Positions 19,837-30,409 of a stretch of 64,000 bases of DNA are shown one piece after another (the stretch's first letter is position 1; each line of letters opens with the position of its first letter). The stretch is from contig CAVVLO010000005.1 of the NCBI GenBank assembly GCA_963749155.1, positions 224,001 through 288,000 of the forward strand, read 5' to 3'. The stretch comes from an uncultured Armatimonadia bacterium (GTDB taxonomy: Bacteria > Armatimonadota > Zipacnadia > CAVVLO01). The position numbers were made by a program, and so were the translations under genes. Below the pieces are notes generated by a model. That model saw only the letters and a list, made by a program, of their open reading frames with translations, was not told where the DNA came from and ran no database searches.

Positions 19837-20289
19837 TTGCACAAAACTATGTGGAATTGGCGCAAGTTGTTACCCCGGCGAAAACTCCTGGGCGAGGTGG
19901 GCGAGGACCACGCCTGCCGCTTTTTGCGGTCGAAAGGCTACAAACTGGTCGCTCGTAACTTCCGCGTCGCCTATGGAGAACTCGATATCGTGGCGCTGAA
20001 GGGTGACAGAGTGTGTTTTGTCGAGGTTAAGACTCGCGCGCTGGATGCGGTAACTACTCCTCTTGAGGCCATCGGCAGAGAAAAACAGAAACGCCTGCTG
20101 CGCGCTGCCAAGGCCTTCCTGCTTGAGAGAGGGGCAGCGGGTACGGTGGACTTCCGCTTTGATGCCGTCGCGGTCTGGGTTAAGCCGAACACCGCCAGGC
20201 TAGTGCGTATCGAGTTATTTGAGGACCTTGAGATGGAGGATGAACTCTATGCTGGCAAGCCTGCATGGTGTGGTGCTTTCGGGGCCTGA
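19837..20289 (+). CDS. yraN: YraN family endonuclease-like protein
   Basis: GEDHACRFL, RNFR..GELDIV, FVEVKTR, RFDAVAV; start probably ATG 19849. Confidence 0.92.
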   Translation: MHKTMWNWRKLLPRRKLLGEVGEDHACRFLRSKGYKLVARNFRVAYGELDIVALKGDRVCFVEVKTRALDAVTTPLEAIGREKQKRLLRAAKAFLLERGAAGTVDFRFDAVAVWVKPNTARLVRIELFEDLEMEDELYAGKPAWCGAFGA

Positions 20290-21775
20290 AGGTTACCTGG
20301 TAAGGGTCGAAAGTGACCTGGCGCGAGGCCAGTCGAAGTTTTTTCTGGTGGGCTTGCCTGATGCGGCTATGCGCGAAAGCCGCGAGCGAGTGCAGTCGGC
20401 GGTAAAAAACGCCGGGTATGAGTTCCCTGGGAAAAGGGTGACGGTCAATCTCTCGCCCGCCGACATCAAAAAGGAAGGGCCAGGGCTGGATTTGCCAATT
20501 GCGCTTTCCATACTGCGCGCCTCCGAGCAACTGCCAGCCTTCGAAGAAGACAAATGGGCTTTCGTCGGAGAGCTTTCACTCGATGGGCGGGTGAATCCCA
20601 TCACAGGCGTGCTGCCGATTGCTATGACAGCCCACCAGCAGGGCAAGCGATTTCTGATAGTGCCCACTGAAAACGGCACCGAGGCTGCGATGGTGGACGG
20701 TTTGCATGTGGTGCCCATTACTACGCTCAACCAGGCAGTGAAGGCCCTGGCGAAGCCTTCCGAAGCGCCAGCGGCCGATCCCCCTGACTGGAGCCGCCTC
20801 AACGAAGGGCCCTCCGGTGCAGATTTTGCCGAGGTAAAGGGCCAGGAACACGTAAAGCGCGCGATGGAAGTCGCTGCCGCCGGCGGGCACAACCTGCTGA
20901 TGATTGGCCCGCCGGGCTCCGGCAAGACCATGCTGGCGCGCCGCCTGCCTACCATACTGCCACCGCTCACCAGGCAGGAAGCACTCGAAGTGAGCAAGCT
21001 TTATAGCCTGAGTGGTTTGCTGCCCCGAGACACCTCGATGATCTCGAAGCGCCCCTTCCGCGCGCCTCACCATACGGCTTCGCGCGCCGGGATAATCGGA
21101 GGCGGGCCAAATCCGATGCCGGGCGAGGTTAGCCTGGCCCACCGGGGAGTACTTTTCCTTGATGAGCTGGCCGAATTCCCCCGCGATGTGCTTGAGGCAA
21201 TGCGCCAGCCGCTTGAGGACCAGCTCGTTACGATTGCGCGCGCCTCGGGTCGGGTGGCTTATGCGGCCAGTTTTATGCTCTGCGGCGCGATGAATCCCTG
21301 CCCCTGCGGTTTCTTTGGCGACCCCGTAAAGCCTTGCACCTGCAGTGCCCAGTATGTACGTAACTATCGCAAGAAAATTAGTGGGCCGCTGCTGGACAGG
21401 ATAGACATCCATCTGGAAGTTCCCCGGCTGAGGCCTGAAGAACTGGGCGCAAGGCCCGAGGGAGAGACTTCGGCCACCATCCAGCAGCGAGTAATCGCCG
21501 CCAGAGTGCGCCAAACCGCACGTTATGCAGGCACGAAGCTTATCTCCAATGCCGAACTTGGACCGCGAGAGGTGGCCCGTTTCTGCCAGATCAGCGAGGA
21601 AGCGCAGAGATTGCTGAAAGTTGCAGTCGCGAAATTTGCTCTTTCTCCACGCGCTTATGACCGGATATTAAAACTTGCTCGCACGATCGCCGATTTGGAA
21701 GGGCTCGAGAACCTTCAGGTCGCCCATGTTGCCGAAGCCATCCAGTATCGCTGTCTGGACAGGCAGTCATATTAG
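20249..21775 (+). CDS. comM: YifB/ComM Mg-chelatase-like AAA+ ATPase
   Basis: VGLPDAAMRESRERV, GPPGSGKT, RPFRAPHH, LAHRGVLFLDE, AMNPCPCG, SGPLLDRID; follows yraN. Confidence 0.95.
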   Translation: MLASLHGVVLSGPEGYLVRVESDLARGQSKFFLVGLPDAAMRESRERVQSAVKNAGYEFPGKRVTVNLSPADIKKEGPGLDLPIALSILRASEQLPAFEEDKWAFVGELSLDGRVNPITGVLPIAMTAHQQGKRFLIVPTENGTEAAMVDGLHVVPITTLNQAVKALAKPSEAPAADPPDWSRLNEGPSGADFAEVKGQEHVKRAMEVAAAGGHNLLMIGPPGSGKTMLARRLPTILPPLTRQEALEVSKLYSLSGLLPRDTSMISKRPFRAPHHTASRAGIIGGGPNPMPGEVSLAHRGVLFLDELAEFPRDVLEAMRQPLEDQLVTIARASGRVAYAASFMLCGAMNPCPCGFFGDPVKPCTCSAQYVRNYRKKISGPLLDRIDIHLEVPRLRPEELGARPEGETSATIQQRVIAARVRQTARYAGTKLISNAELGPREVARFCQISEEAQRLLKVAVAKFALSPRAYDRILKLARTIADLEGLENLQVAHVAEAIQYRCLDRQSY

Positions 21776-21778
21776 GTG

Positions 21779-23119
21779 TCAGCCTTCGCGAGGCGTCATC
21801 CCAAGCAGGTCCTGGGCGCTTTCGAACAGCAAGGCGCGCGCGATGCCCACTGCTGACTCGAAGTCGTACTGACCCTGGGCGATTTTCGAAGCCAGCACCC
21901 GAGCCATTGCCTTTCTGATCAGGACCGCTTTGGCGTACGCCCATTCGGCTGTGTAAGCGTCAGAGAAGAAGCCGACCTGCTTGCGCGTCGAGAGCATATC
22001 CAGCCGCTCTGAGAGCACCTGCTCGATGAAAGTAGGGAAGAAATTGTGCCACCAGTAGCCGGCCAGCGAGAAGTTGGGCAGCTCGCGCGCCAGGGTGCAA
22101 AGCGACTGGTTGGCAGCCGCGCTGGAAAGGAAACACTGGAATTGCACGCTTGGGTGCCTTGCAACGAGTTCTGCCAGATGAGCGATAGTCGGCGGATTGA
22201 GTCGAGAGACGGTCTCATAGGGCAGCGGTTCGGCCCCAAGTGAGAACTGGAACACAAAAGGCCGCCCCAGCTTGCCCAGGCGCGAGAGGAACCCTTCAAG
22301 CACATAGCTTGCGTAGGTGTCGCGCTCGGTGGGGCCGGCCTGGCCTCGCCTGGTCAGGGCATCGGCCATCTCACTCTGGCTTACCTGGCGATATGCGAGG
22401 TCGGTCGAGAGATGCTGAGCTGTGCTTAGCACCTCATCGTAAGGGATTGCCTCATAATAGAAGTCCAGCGCCTCTTCCACATCATCCAGCGTGTGGATTT
22501 GCCTGACCGGCACTGACCTGGCCTCGCCAGCCGTCACGGGAAGAGGAGCGCCGGGGCCTCCCTGGCTCCAGGCATTTTCGAGTTCGTACAGGGCAGTGTC
22601 GAATTCACCCCACTGACTGCGCGCGAAGAAAGCCCATTCCAGGCTGTACTGAAAACGCTCATCGGCCTGGCCCTCATGCCTGCGCCAAAGCTCGGTGCAG
22701 GTGCGCTTTATTCCGGCTTTGTCCAGTATTTGCCACGCCCAGTCTGACTGGGTGGCGCGTTCGCGAATCAGGGTATCCAAAGTGCGCCAGTTACTTTCGA
22801 GCACTGGCCCTTCCCACCCGTAGAGGTCGCGCAAGATGATCCGGACGCCCCAGAAGCAACTTGTATTCTGGATGTGCTTTACATAAGGCAGCGCGCGCTC
22901 AAGGCGAGAGTGAGACTCCTCAACCGAGGGCCACTCGCTAAGTCTTCCGCCATCAGGGCAGCCAGCGCTGTAGAGATCGGAGATGACCATATGGTACAGC
23001 AGCACATCATCCAGTCCGCGCGCGGCAGGATGGACTGCGTCCATATGGGTATGCGCATCGAGCAGAGGAAGCTCGCTTAGAGCTTCCTCAAGCGAGGCGA
23101 CGAGGTGTGCGAAATCCAT
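21779..23119 (-). CDS. Amidohydrolase-fold protein, uronate isomerase (UxaC)-like
   Basis: DAHTH metal motif; GYWWHNF; GFFSDAY; RKAMARVLA C-terminus resembling UxaC. Confidence 0.65.
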   Translation of the reverse strand: MDFAHLVASLEEALSELPLLDAHTHMDAVHPAARGLDDVLLYHMVISDLYSAGCPDGGRLSEWPSVEESHSRLERALPYVKHIQNTSCFWGVRIILRDLYGWEGPVLESNWRTLDTLIRERATQSDWAWQILDKAGIKRTCTELWRRHEGQADERFQYSLEWAFFARSQWGEFDTALYELENAWSQGGPGAPLPVTAGEARSVPVRQIHTLDDVEEALDFYYEAIPYDEVLSTAQHLSTDLAYRQVSQSEMADALTRRGQAGPTERDTYASYVLEGFLSRLGKLGRPFVFQFSLGAEPLPYETVSRLNPPTIAHLAELVARHPSVQFQCFLSSAAANQSLCTLARELPNFSLAGYWWHNFFPTFIEQVLSERLDMLSTRKQVGFFSDAYTAEWAYAKAVLIRKAMARVLASKIAQGQYDFESAVGIARALLFESAQDLLGMTPREG

Positions 23120-23150
23120 AATTCATCCTTCTCCAGACAGGTCGTTAGGC

Positions 23151-23960
23151 TCAGGCAAGCCCTGCAGCGGCCAGTGCCTCGGCAGGAGTGGCGTTGTCGT
23201 GGATGACCGATTTGAAGGCCAGCAGCGCTTTGGTTGGCTCCTCGTGGCTCCAGATGTTGCGACCGATGGTGGCGCCTCGCCCTCCACTTGCCACCACTCG
23301 TTGCATCGCGACCAGGGCATCTTCCAGATTAGTGGTTTTGGGCCCTCCGGCTGCCACAACCGGGATTGGGCAAGACCGGATTATCTGTCCGAAGCTTGCG
23401 GCGTCGCCGCAGAAGGGCGTCTTGATAACATCAACGCCAACCTCCATCCCGCAGCGGACGGCCCAGGCTACCGACTCGGCATCAAAAACGATGTCGGCTT
23501 TATCCTCATGATGGAAGCGTCGGGGGTAGATATGCAACACAACAGGCATCTCGAGCTTCTCAGCCTGGCGTACCAGGTCGGCTGCGCGCCTGAGATGGGC
23601 GGCTTCCGTGAAGCCTTTCACGAAGGCGCAGGTAGCGAAGGCGTCGGCGCCAAGCCGTACGGCATCCTCCGGGCTCGCGAGCAACTCATCCGCGCTGTCA
23701 TCGGGCCTGCCGATAAGGCTCTGAACGATCAACGGCACCTGACCAGCATGCGGTCCCCAGCAGGCTAGCGCCGCGCCTTTATGCATCGTCACCGCATCGG
23801 GACGCCCAGCTACGAGGGCCGCGAGGGTTTTGGGCAGATCATAAAGCCCGGCGGGCATCCCCTCCTGATAGCCGATAAAATGGTCTATCGCGACCGAACA
23901 TAGCCGTCCCGAGGGGTGAGAAAAAATCCGGTTGAGCCTTACCTGCTTGCCAAGTCCCAT
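23151..23960 (-). CDS. Class I aldolase, DhnA/LsrF family
   Basis: AIDH, DAVRLGADA, GVDVIKT (Schiff-base Lys), PVVAAGGPK, GATIGRNIW; ATG at 23960. Confidence 0.9.
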   Translation of the reverse strand: MGLGKQVRLNRIFSHPSGRLCSVAIDHFIGYQEGMPAGLYDLPKTLAALVAGRPDAVTMHKGAALACWGPHAGQVPLIVQSLIGRPDDSADELLASPEDAVRLGADAFATCAFVKGFTEAAHLRRAADLVRQAEKLEMPVVLHIYPRRFHHEDKADIVFDAESVAWAVRCGMEVGVDVIKTPFCGDAASFGQIIRSCPIPVVAAGGPKTTNLEDALVAMQRVVASGGRGATIGRNIWSHEEPTKALLAFKSVIHDNATPAEALAAAGLA

Positions 23961-24078
23961 GCCATGTCTCCTTACTGGAAAGAGGATAACCAATACAAGG
24001 ACTCTCCCCCTCTGTCGCCAATAAGGGCGCACGCGGAGGAAGCGGTACCTTTTCCTCCCTGAAGGGAGGCCATCTGCT

Positions 24079-26944
24079 ATGAGATTCTGGCTCCTGCCCC
24101 TTATTACCTGCCTGGGAGGATTGTTTATGTGCCCGGTAAACGCGCAATCCAGCCTCTGCCCCAATCCCTCTTTTGAGCAACTCAATCCGGCTGGCGATAA
24201 TTTCCCCCTTGGCTGGCATGCCTACCGGGGCACTACGATCACCGGCGAGGCGTATGAGGGCAGTATCGCCCTCAGGATGGAGACCACTACCGACTCCACC
24301 GCGGGCGTAACCTCGGACTCAATCTCCGTAAAGCGCGGCAAGCTCCTATTCCATTACAAGGCACTAGTCTCAACGGTCGGAGGCGACAATCTGCGCTTCT
24401 GTGTCATCGCCATCAATCAGGACGGCATCGAGGTCAGCCGCGCCCAGGTGGCGGTGCCTGCCGAACACGTAGGCGATGGACAGTGGCACGAGGGGAGCCT
24501 GGCCTTCGACTTCCTGAACCTGCCAGCCGCGGTCGGGGTGTTGATTGCGCCGCGCCTGAACGAACAGAGCAACCCTGGCGAGGGCGCCTGGCTGCTCGAT
24601 GACATCGCCCTTTATGAGGAGAGGCTCGGTCAGAGGGCCGAGGTAGAGTGCCTCTGGATGCCGCAGCCGGTGATGACTCCCCGCGCGCCAACGCCGGTCG
24701 TCGTGCAGGTTACCAACACGGGAGATATGCCGGTGCCGGTCTCGAAGCAACGCCTGCAACTCACAGGACCAGTTCGGGTGCTGGGCAACAAGGCCCCTCT
24801 CGTGCTGGATGAACTCCTTCCTGGCGAGTCGCGCCGGATCGAGTGGCAACTGGTCGCCGATGAGCCTGGCCCGGTTGGCATCCAGTTCCAGTGGAGCGCC
24901 GCCGAGTTCCGCGAAAATACCATCGTGATGGCTGACTACTCGACCGTCTGCATCGAGGAGAAAGACAGGAGCCGGCTTTGCACTGGTCCCGGGGGCTTCT
25001 GGCGTCTGATGCCGGAGCCCCAGTCACTGCAACAGGATAATCCTGCGCCTTTGGAACCTCTCCAAACGAAGCGCTCAAGCGAGCTGCCGGAAAATTACTT
25101 CGGAATCACTGCCCACCTGCCGCGCGGGGAGGATTTCGAACCCATCTTCGAGCCGGATTTCCTGATAGATGGCGATGAGACCACCAACTGGTCGGGTCAC
25201 GCGCACCGCACGCCCGTTCCAGGCCCTGTGGACTGGGCTGAAGTGACCTTCGCCAGGCCGGCCGAGATTGTTCAGATAAACCTTGTACCTTATTGGCGCG
25301 CCGAGGGCTTCCCTGTGGACTTCGAAGTGAAGCTGCGCGCAGGCGGAGAGTGGCGCACTGTGCATCAGGCGAAGGGGTTGCGTCTGCCCAGCGAGGCTGG
25401 CGACTCGCCCAAGCAGCCTTATGTCATCCAGCTTGAGCAGCCCCTCGAGGCGGACGCTATAAGAATCGAAGTCAGCAGGTATTCGGCCTGTGGAGGCTTC
25501 TTCACGGAGTTCTTTACCTGTTATTACTTCCGCCTGTCAGAAATTGTGGCGCTGGATAAGGCAGGACGCAATATGGCGCTTGCCTCGGAAGGCGCAAAAG
25601 TGGCCGTGCCCTGGACCCATCGCTCCTGGTACAACTCGCGCGAGGACATCGAGGCGACTTATCCCTCGCTATATGATATCGGCGTGAAGTGGAACCGCGT
25701 CGGCCAGTGGGGCGACTGGACCGCCTGGGCGATGGTAGAGCAGCAGAAAGGCCAGTATTACATCGACCCGCGCACCGACCAGGCGGTGACCGACTCCGTC
25801 GAAAACGGCGTCGATATCCTCTACACGCTGGATTACGGCAATCCGCTGTATGAAGCGACTCCTCCGCTCGGAGACATTGGCCCACTGTGGCTGCATGGGC
25901 ATCCCTTTATGGGAGATGGCGGTCCGACCACGCCCGAGGCCATCGAGGGCTTCGTGAACTACGCCCGCTTTGTCGCCCAGCATTTCAAGGGGCGCGTGAA
26001 GTATTACGAGATATGGAACGAAGAAAATAGCTGGGCCTGGTATGGCTGCCCGCCCGATCCCGTCGCCTTTGGCACCTTGCTGCGCGAGACGGGCAAGGCG
26101 CTAAAAGAAGTAGACCCGGAGATCAAAGTGATGGTTGGTGGCACGGCGGCACTGGCGCCAACGCTCATCTCGGAGGCGCTCGAACAAGGCGCTGGGCCTT
26201 ATCTGGACGCAATCGGTTTCCATCCTTATACGATGGCCTGGCCCGAGCTCGGCCTGGGTTCGCTGGATGTTGTCGACGGCAAGCAGGTCAGCGTCTCCAA
26301 GGAAGACCTGGGCTTCGAGACCTGGGAGGAGATGCTTGCCTTCCTCAAGGCCAAGTTTGAGAAATACAATCCTGGCTTCGAGTTCTGGGCCAACGAGTGG
26401 AATGCCATCTCCGACAGGCTTGACGCTTATCAGTCAGGCACCAGCGAGCTGGCCGAGGCCAAGCAGGGAGCCAGATTCTTCCTCATGGGCACATTGACCG
26501 AGGTCCACTGTGTCTGGTGGTCGCTGGCCAACCGCAACGGCGAGCTGGACTGGGCAGTGCTCAGGATGGAGGACCTTTCGCCCAAGCCCCTTTACTATTC
26601 GTTGCGCGCTATGGCTACGCTGCTCTCAGGGGCAAAGCCGGATCTTTCTATCCCAGGTGAAAACCGAAGGCGAGGCGCCTGAGCTGCATACAACAGTCCT
26701 TGAAGGCAGAGACGGCGAGATGCTGGTCGCCCTTTGGTCGGCCTTGAATCCAGGCCAGGGTGACGCGTATGAGGGAGTTCATGTCAAGGTCCGCATCACT
26801 GTACCGGATGTAAAGCGCGTTACCGCGGTGGATACTCTCCAGTGCCTGACGCAGCAGCTAGAGGCCCATTACGAAGGCGATGAGCTGATTGTGGACGGCG
26901 TGCTGGTTATGGATTATCCCCTCGTGCTGAAGCTGGAACGTTGA
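24079..26944 (+). CDS. Secreted multidomain clan GH-A glycoside hydrolase (GH39/GH5-like) with CBM, Ig-like and discoidin domains; +1 frameshift near 26652
   Basis: Signal peptide; NPSFE CBM start; LIDGDETTNWS discoidin; YYEIWNEEN and FWANEW catalytic Glu motifs. Confidence 0.75.
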
Positions 26945-27014
26945 GCCAGCCAGGCAGGCAAAGGGGCGCCTGGGTTGAAGTAAAACCCTACCTTGGTAGA
27001 GAGAGAGGGTCATT

Positions 27015-28194
27015 ATGATTAGAGAACCGTTCCTGGGGGTGCTTCTCGGACTTGCACTGCTTGCCCTTGAGACCGGGGCGCTGGCAGGTTCTGTAAAGCC
27101 AGGCCTGCATGTGGATGAGACCGGGACGCTGACGCGCGCTGGGCAGCCCTATCGCGGCATCGGGGTCAACTACTTCGATGCCTTCTTCCAGGCGCTGTTG
27201 AATCCTGATAGCCCCAAGTATGAGCAGGGCTTTGAGACGCTTGCCGGCTGACGGCATCCCTTTCGCGCGCATACTGGGCGGGCCCTTCTGGACGCCTGAA
27301 TACAAGCTCTACCTCGAAGACAAGCAGCGTTATTTCGAGCTTTTTGATGGTGTCGTGGCTAGCGCCGAGCGCCACGGCATCGGCCTTATACCGAGCCTTT
27401 TCTGGAACTACCACGCCGTGCCCGACCTGGTGAAGGAACCAGTCAGTGCCTGGGGAAATCCGAGGAGCAAGACCCTCGCCTTTATGCGCAAGTACACCAA
27501 AGAGGTCGTCACCCGCTATCGTGGGTCGCCCGCCATCTGGGGCTGGGAGTTCGGCAATGAGTACAACCTGATGGCCGACCTGCCCAATGCTGCCGAACAC
27601 CGCCCGACGACAGTCCCCGAACTTGGTGCCCCGCCGACTCGCAGCGAGCTGGACGACCTGACCCACGAGGCAATCCGCACCGCCTTTAGCGAGTTTGCAA
27701 AGGAAGTTCGCAGGCACGATCCCTGGCGGATGATCGGCACAGGAAGTGGCTTCCCGCGTCCAAGCGCCTGGCACCAGTGGACCGAGCTCTCGTGGAAAGG
27801 CGACACCTGGCATCAATACATCGATATGCTGATTGGCGATAATCCTGATCCGGTAGACACCCTTTCAGCCCATCTCTACCCCGAAGGGGGCGAACGCTTC
27901 GGGCGGCCCTTCTCGCCCAGGCTGTTGCTCGAGGCCAGTATGGAAGCCGCGAGGCGCAGCGGCAAGCCTTTGTTCGTGGGCGAGTTCGGCGCCAGCAACG
28001 AACTCGGTGCTGACGAGGCGCGCGCGCGTTTCAGTGAGATCCTGGACGCCTTCGAAGAGACGGGTGTCCCCCTCGCTGCGGTCTGGGTCTTCCGTCTCGA
28101 CACCGACGACACAAGCTGGAACCTGAGCCAGGCCAGCGGGCGTCTTTACCAGCTAGAGGCGATACGCGAGGTCAATCGCCGGCTGGGCGATTAG
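27015..28194 (+). CDS. Secreted GH5 (mannanase/cellulase-type) glycoside hydrolase; +1 frameshift near 27245
   Basis: Signal peptide; GVNYF; WGWEFGNE; SAHLY; PLFVGEFG. Confidence 0.85.
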
Positions 28195-28203
28195 GAGGGG
28201 AGC

Positions 28204-30396
28204 GTGCAAGAAACGAAGTTGCAGCCTGAGGCTCTTTGGCAGCTTGTCGAGGAGAGCCGCGACAGCCTGCTTGCGGCGAAGGACAACCTCGGTTTCGAGC
28301 GCGCGCGGCTGGTTACTGACGCCTGGGTCACTCACGAGAGCGAGCCAAGGCCTCTTTTGCGCGCGAAAGCCTTCACAAAAGTACTCGCCGAGATGACCCT
28401 GGACCTCGATTCCAATCCAGTTTTTGCGGGTAACACCTCGCCCAGGCCCCGCGAGTGGATGCTCATCCCCGAACACGGCTTTGGGGCCGATGCGCAAGTG
28501 CTGCTGGAGCACGACGGGCTGGATGCGCTGTGGGAAGGCGCTCCTGTCCCCGCTGACCTGGTGGAGTTCTGGCGCGAGCGCAGCTTCGGCGGCTTGTGTG
28601 ACGTCGGCCACCTGGCGGTTGACCTGTCGCGCGTTGTGCACGAGGGGCTGGGTTCCTTCCTCACAGAACTGGCTCACTTTCCGGCTGATGATTCGCCCGA
28701 GGGCGTTTATCGCCAGGCGATGAAGCTGTCGCTCGAAGCGGTCCTCGCCTGGGCAGAGCGCTACAGGCAGGCGGCGCTTGTAAGGGCCGCTGAAGAGGGC
28801 GATCCAACCCGCCGAGAGTGCCTTCTGCGCATCGCCAAGGCCCTCTCCCAAGTGCCTGCGAAGCCTGCGCGCAGCCTGTTCGAGGGGCTGCAGAGCATCG
28901 CTTTGGTGCACCTGGCCAGCGTTCTAGAGGGCCATGCTATCTCGCTTTCTGTCGGTCTGCCAGACCGTATACTGGCCCCCTTCATAACCGACGACTTCGA
29001 TGCCGAGGAAGCTACCGCCCTCATCGCTGCGTGGATGCTCAAGCTGACCGCCAACTCGTGGAATGGACGCGGCAGCAAGACGCAGGCTATCACGGTGGGC
29101 GGGGCAGACGCCACTGGCAAGGACCGGTGTAATGAACTCACAAGTTGTTTCCTGGCCGCGGCAGGACGCCTGCGAGTCGGCGATCCCCAGGTCTTTCTGC
29201 GTTGGCATCCAAAGCTGCCGGAGGCCATCAAACGCCAGGCGGCGGAATCACTCTGCTCAGGCCATGTGATGCCCTTGCTCATCGGCGATGGGCCGACCGC
29301 CCAGGGCTTCATCGAGGCTGGTTGTACTCCCGAGGATGCCTGGGACTACTGCGTCATCGGCTGCAACGAACTGGGCATACCTGGCCGTTCATGCGAGTCG
29401 GCGATGGCCTTGTGCGGCAGCGTGCCTTATGTGCGTTGCCTTTCGGAAACGCTTACTGCCCATCCGGATCTCGATTCTATCGCCGATATGGACGCGTTGC
29501 TTGGCCTGTATGAGCAGCGACTGCGCGCCTCGCTTGGGCAGCTGCGCAAGTGGGGTGAAGCCCACCGGCTGCGGCTGGCGGAGGAGTGTCCAACGCCCTT
29601 CACTTCCGCACTGATGACGGGCTGTATTGAACAAGGCAAAGACCTCCTGGTCGGCGAGAAGTACCAGCTTGCCGGCACCTATGAGCGAGGCCTGACAAAC
29701 GCTGCCAATGCCCTCCTGGCCCTGAGCGAGCTGGTCTTCAAGGAGCGTCAGATTAGCCTGAGCCAGGTTGCCGAGGCCTTGAGAGACGACTTTTCCGACG
29801 AGGCCCTGCGCCTGCTGCTGCACTCGCGCGGCAGATGGGGGCGCGATGAGGAAACCGCAGATGTGTGGGCGCTGCGGTTGATCGAGCTGCGAGAGCGCCT
29901 CCTTGACGAGTTGGATGTCCAATATGGCCGCCGCCATGTTGTCTGCCATGTTGTGCGCAGCCTGCACCGGCTGGATGGCCTGCACCTGGCCGCTTCGCCC
30001 GATGGCCGCAGGGCGGGAGAACCACTCTCTGACAGTATTGGCCCAGCGCTTGGGGTAAGCCCTGCCGGGCCAACCGGCCTGCTTGCCAGCGTGCTGAAGC
30101 TGGACGCCGCGCGCTACTACCGAGGCGGATACAATCTCAATCTGACACTCGACGGCGCGGTCGCCAGCCCCGAGGTGGTGCTCGCTCTGGCCGAGGGCTT
30201 CTTCACCGCCGGCGGGCAGGAGCTGCAGGTCCAGTGTCTTGATCCAGCGCTGCTGCGCGAGGCTCAACAACAGCCGAATCTGCATCAGGGTCTCGTGGTG
30301 CGCATCGCGGGCTTCTGCGCGCGGTTCGTGGACCTCTCCCGCACCGAGCAGGATGAACTGCTAGCCAGGGCTGATGCCGCAAGCGCTCAGACTTAG
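28204..30396 (+). CDS. Glycyl radical enzyme (PFL superfamily), substrate unknown
   Basis: GHLAVD, Cys loop YCVIGCNE, ASPDGRRAGEPLSD, C-terminal LVVRIAGFCARF glycyl motif; GTG start with SD GGAGG. Confidence 0.92.
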   Translation: MQETKLQPEALWQLVEESRDSLLAAKDNLGFERARLVTDAWVTHESEPRPLLRAKAFTKVLAEMTLDLDSNPVFAGNTSPRPREWMLIPEHGFGADAQVLLEHDGLDALWEGAPVPADLVEFWRERSFGGLCDVGHLAVDLSRVVHEGLGSFLTELAHFPADDSPEGVYRQAMKLSLEAVLAWAERYRQAALVRAAEEGDPTRRECLLRIAKALSQVPAKPARSLFEGLQSIALVHLASVLEGHAISLSVGLPDRILAPFITDDFDAEEATALIAAWMLKLTANSWNGRGSKTQAITVGGADATGKDRCNELTSCFLAAAGRLRVGDPQVFLRWHPKLPEAIKRQAAESLCSGHVMPLLIGDGPTAQGFIEAGCTPEDAWDYCVIGCNELGIPGRSCESAMALCGSVPYVRCLSETLTAHPDLDSIADMDALLGLYEQRLRASLGQLRKWGEAHRLRLAEECPTPFTSALMTGCIEQGKDLLVGEKYQLAGTYERGLTNAANALLALSELVFKERQISLSQVAEALRDDFSDEALRLLLHSRGRWGRDEETADVWALRLIELRERLLDELDVQYGRRHVVCHVVRSLHRLDGLHLAASPDGRRAGEPLSDSIGPALGVSPAGPTGLLASVLKLDAARYYRGGYNLNLTLDGAVASPEVVLALAEGFFTAGGQELQVQCLDPALLREAQQQPNLHQGLVVRIAGFCARFVDLSRTEQDELLARADAASAQT

Positions 30397-30409
30397 GGGA
30401 GGCGCTTCT

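Noticed and set aside
19837..21775. yraN-comM pair as a novel system
   Set aside because: A widespread, already described gene pair.
28204..30396. Calling the GRE pyruvate formate-lyase (pflB), linked to fhs
   Set aside because: It lacks the adjacent Cys-Cys pair and the RVSGY motif of true PFL, and no pflA is present.
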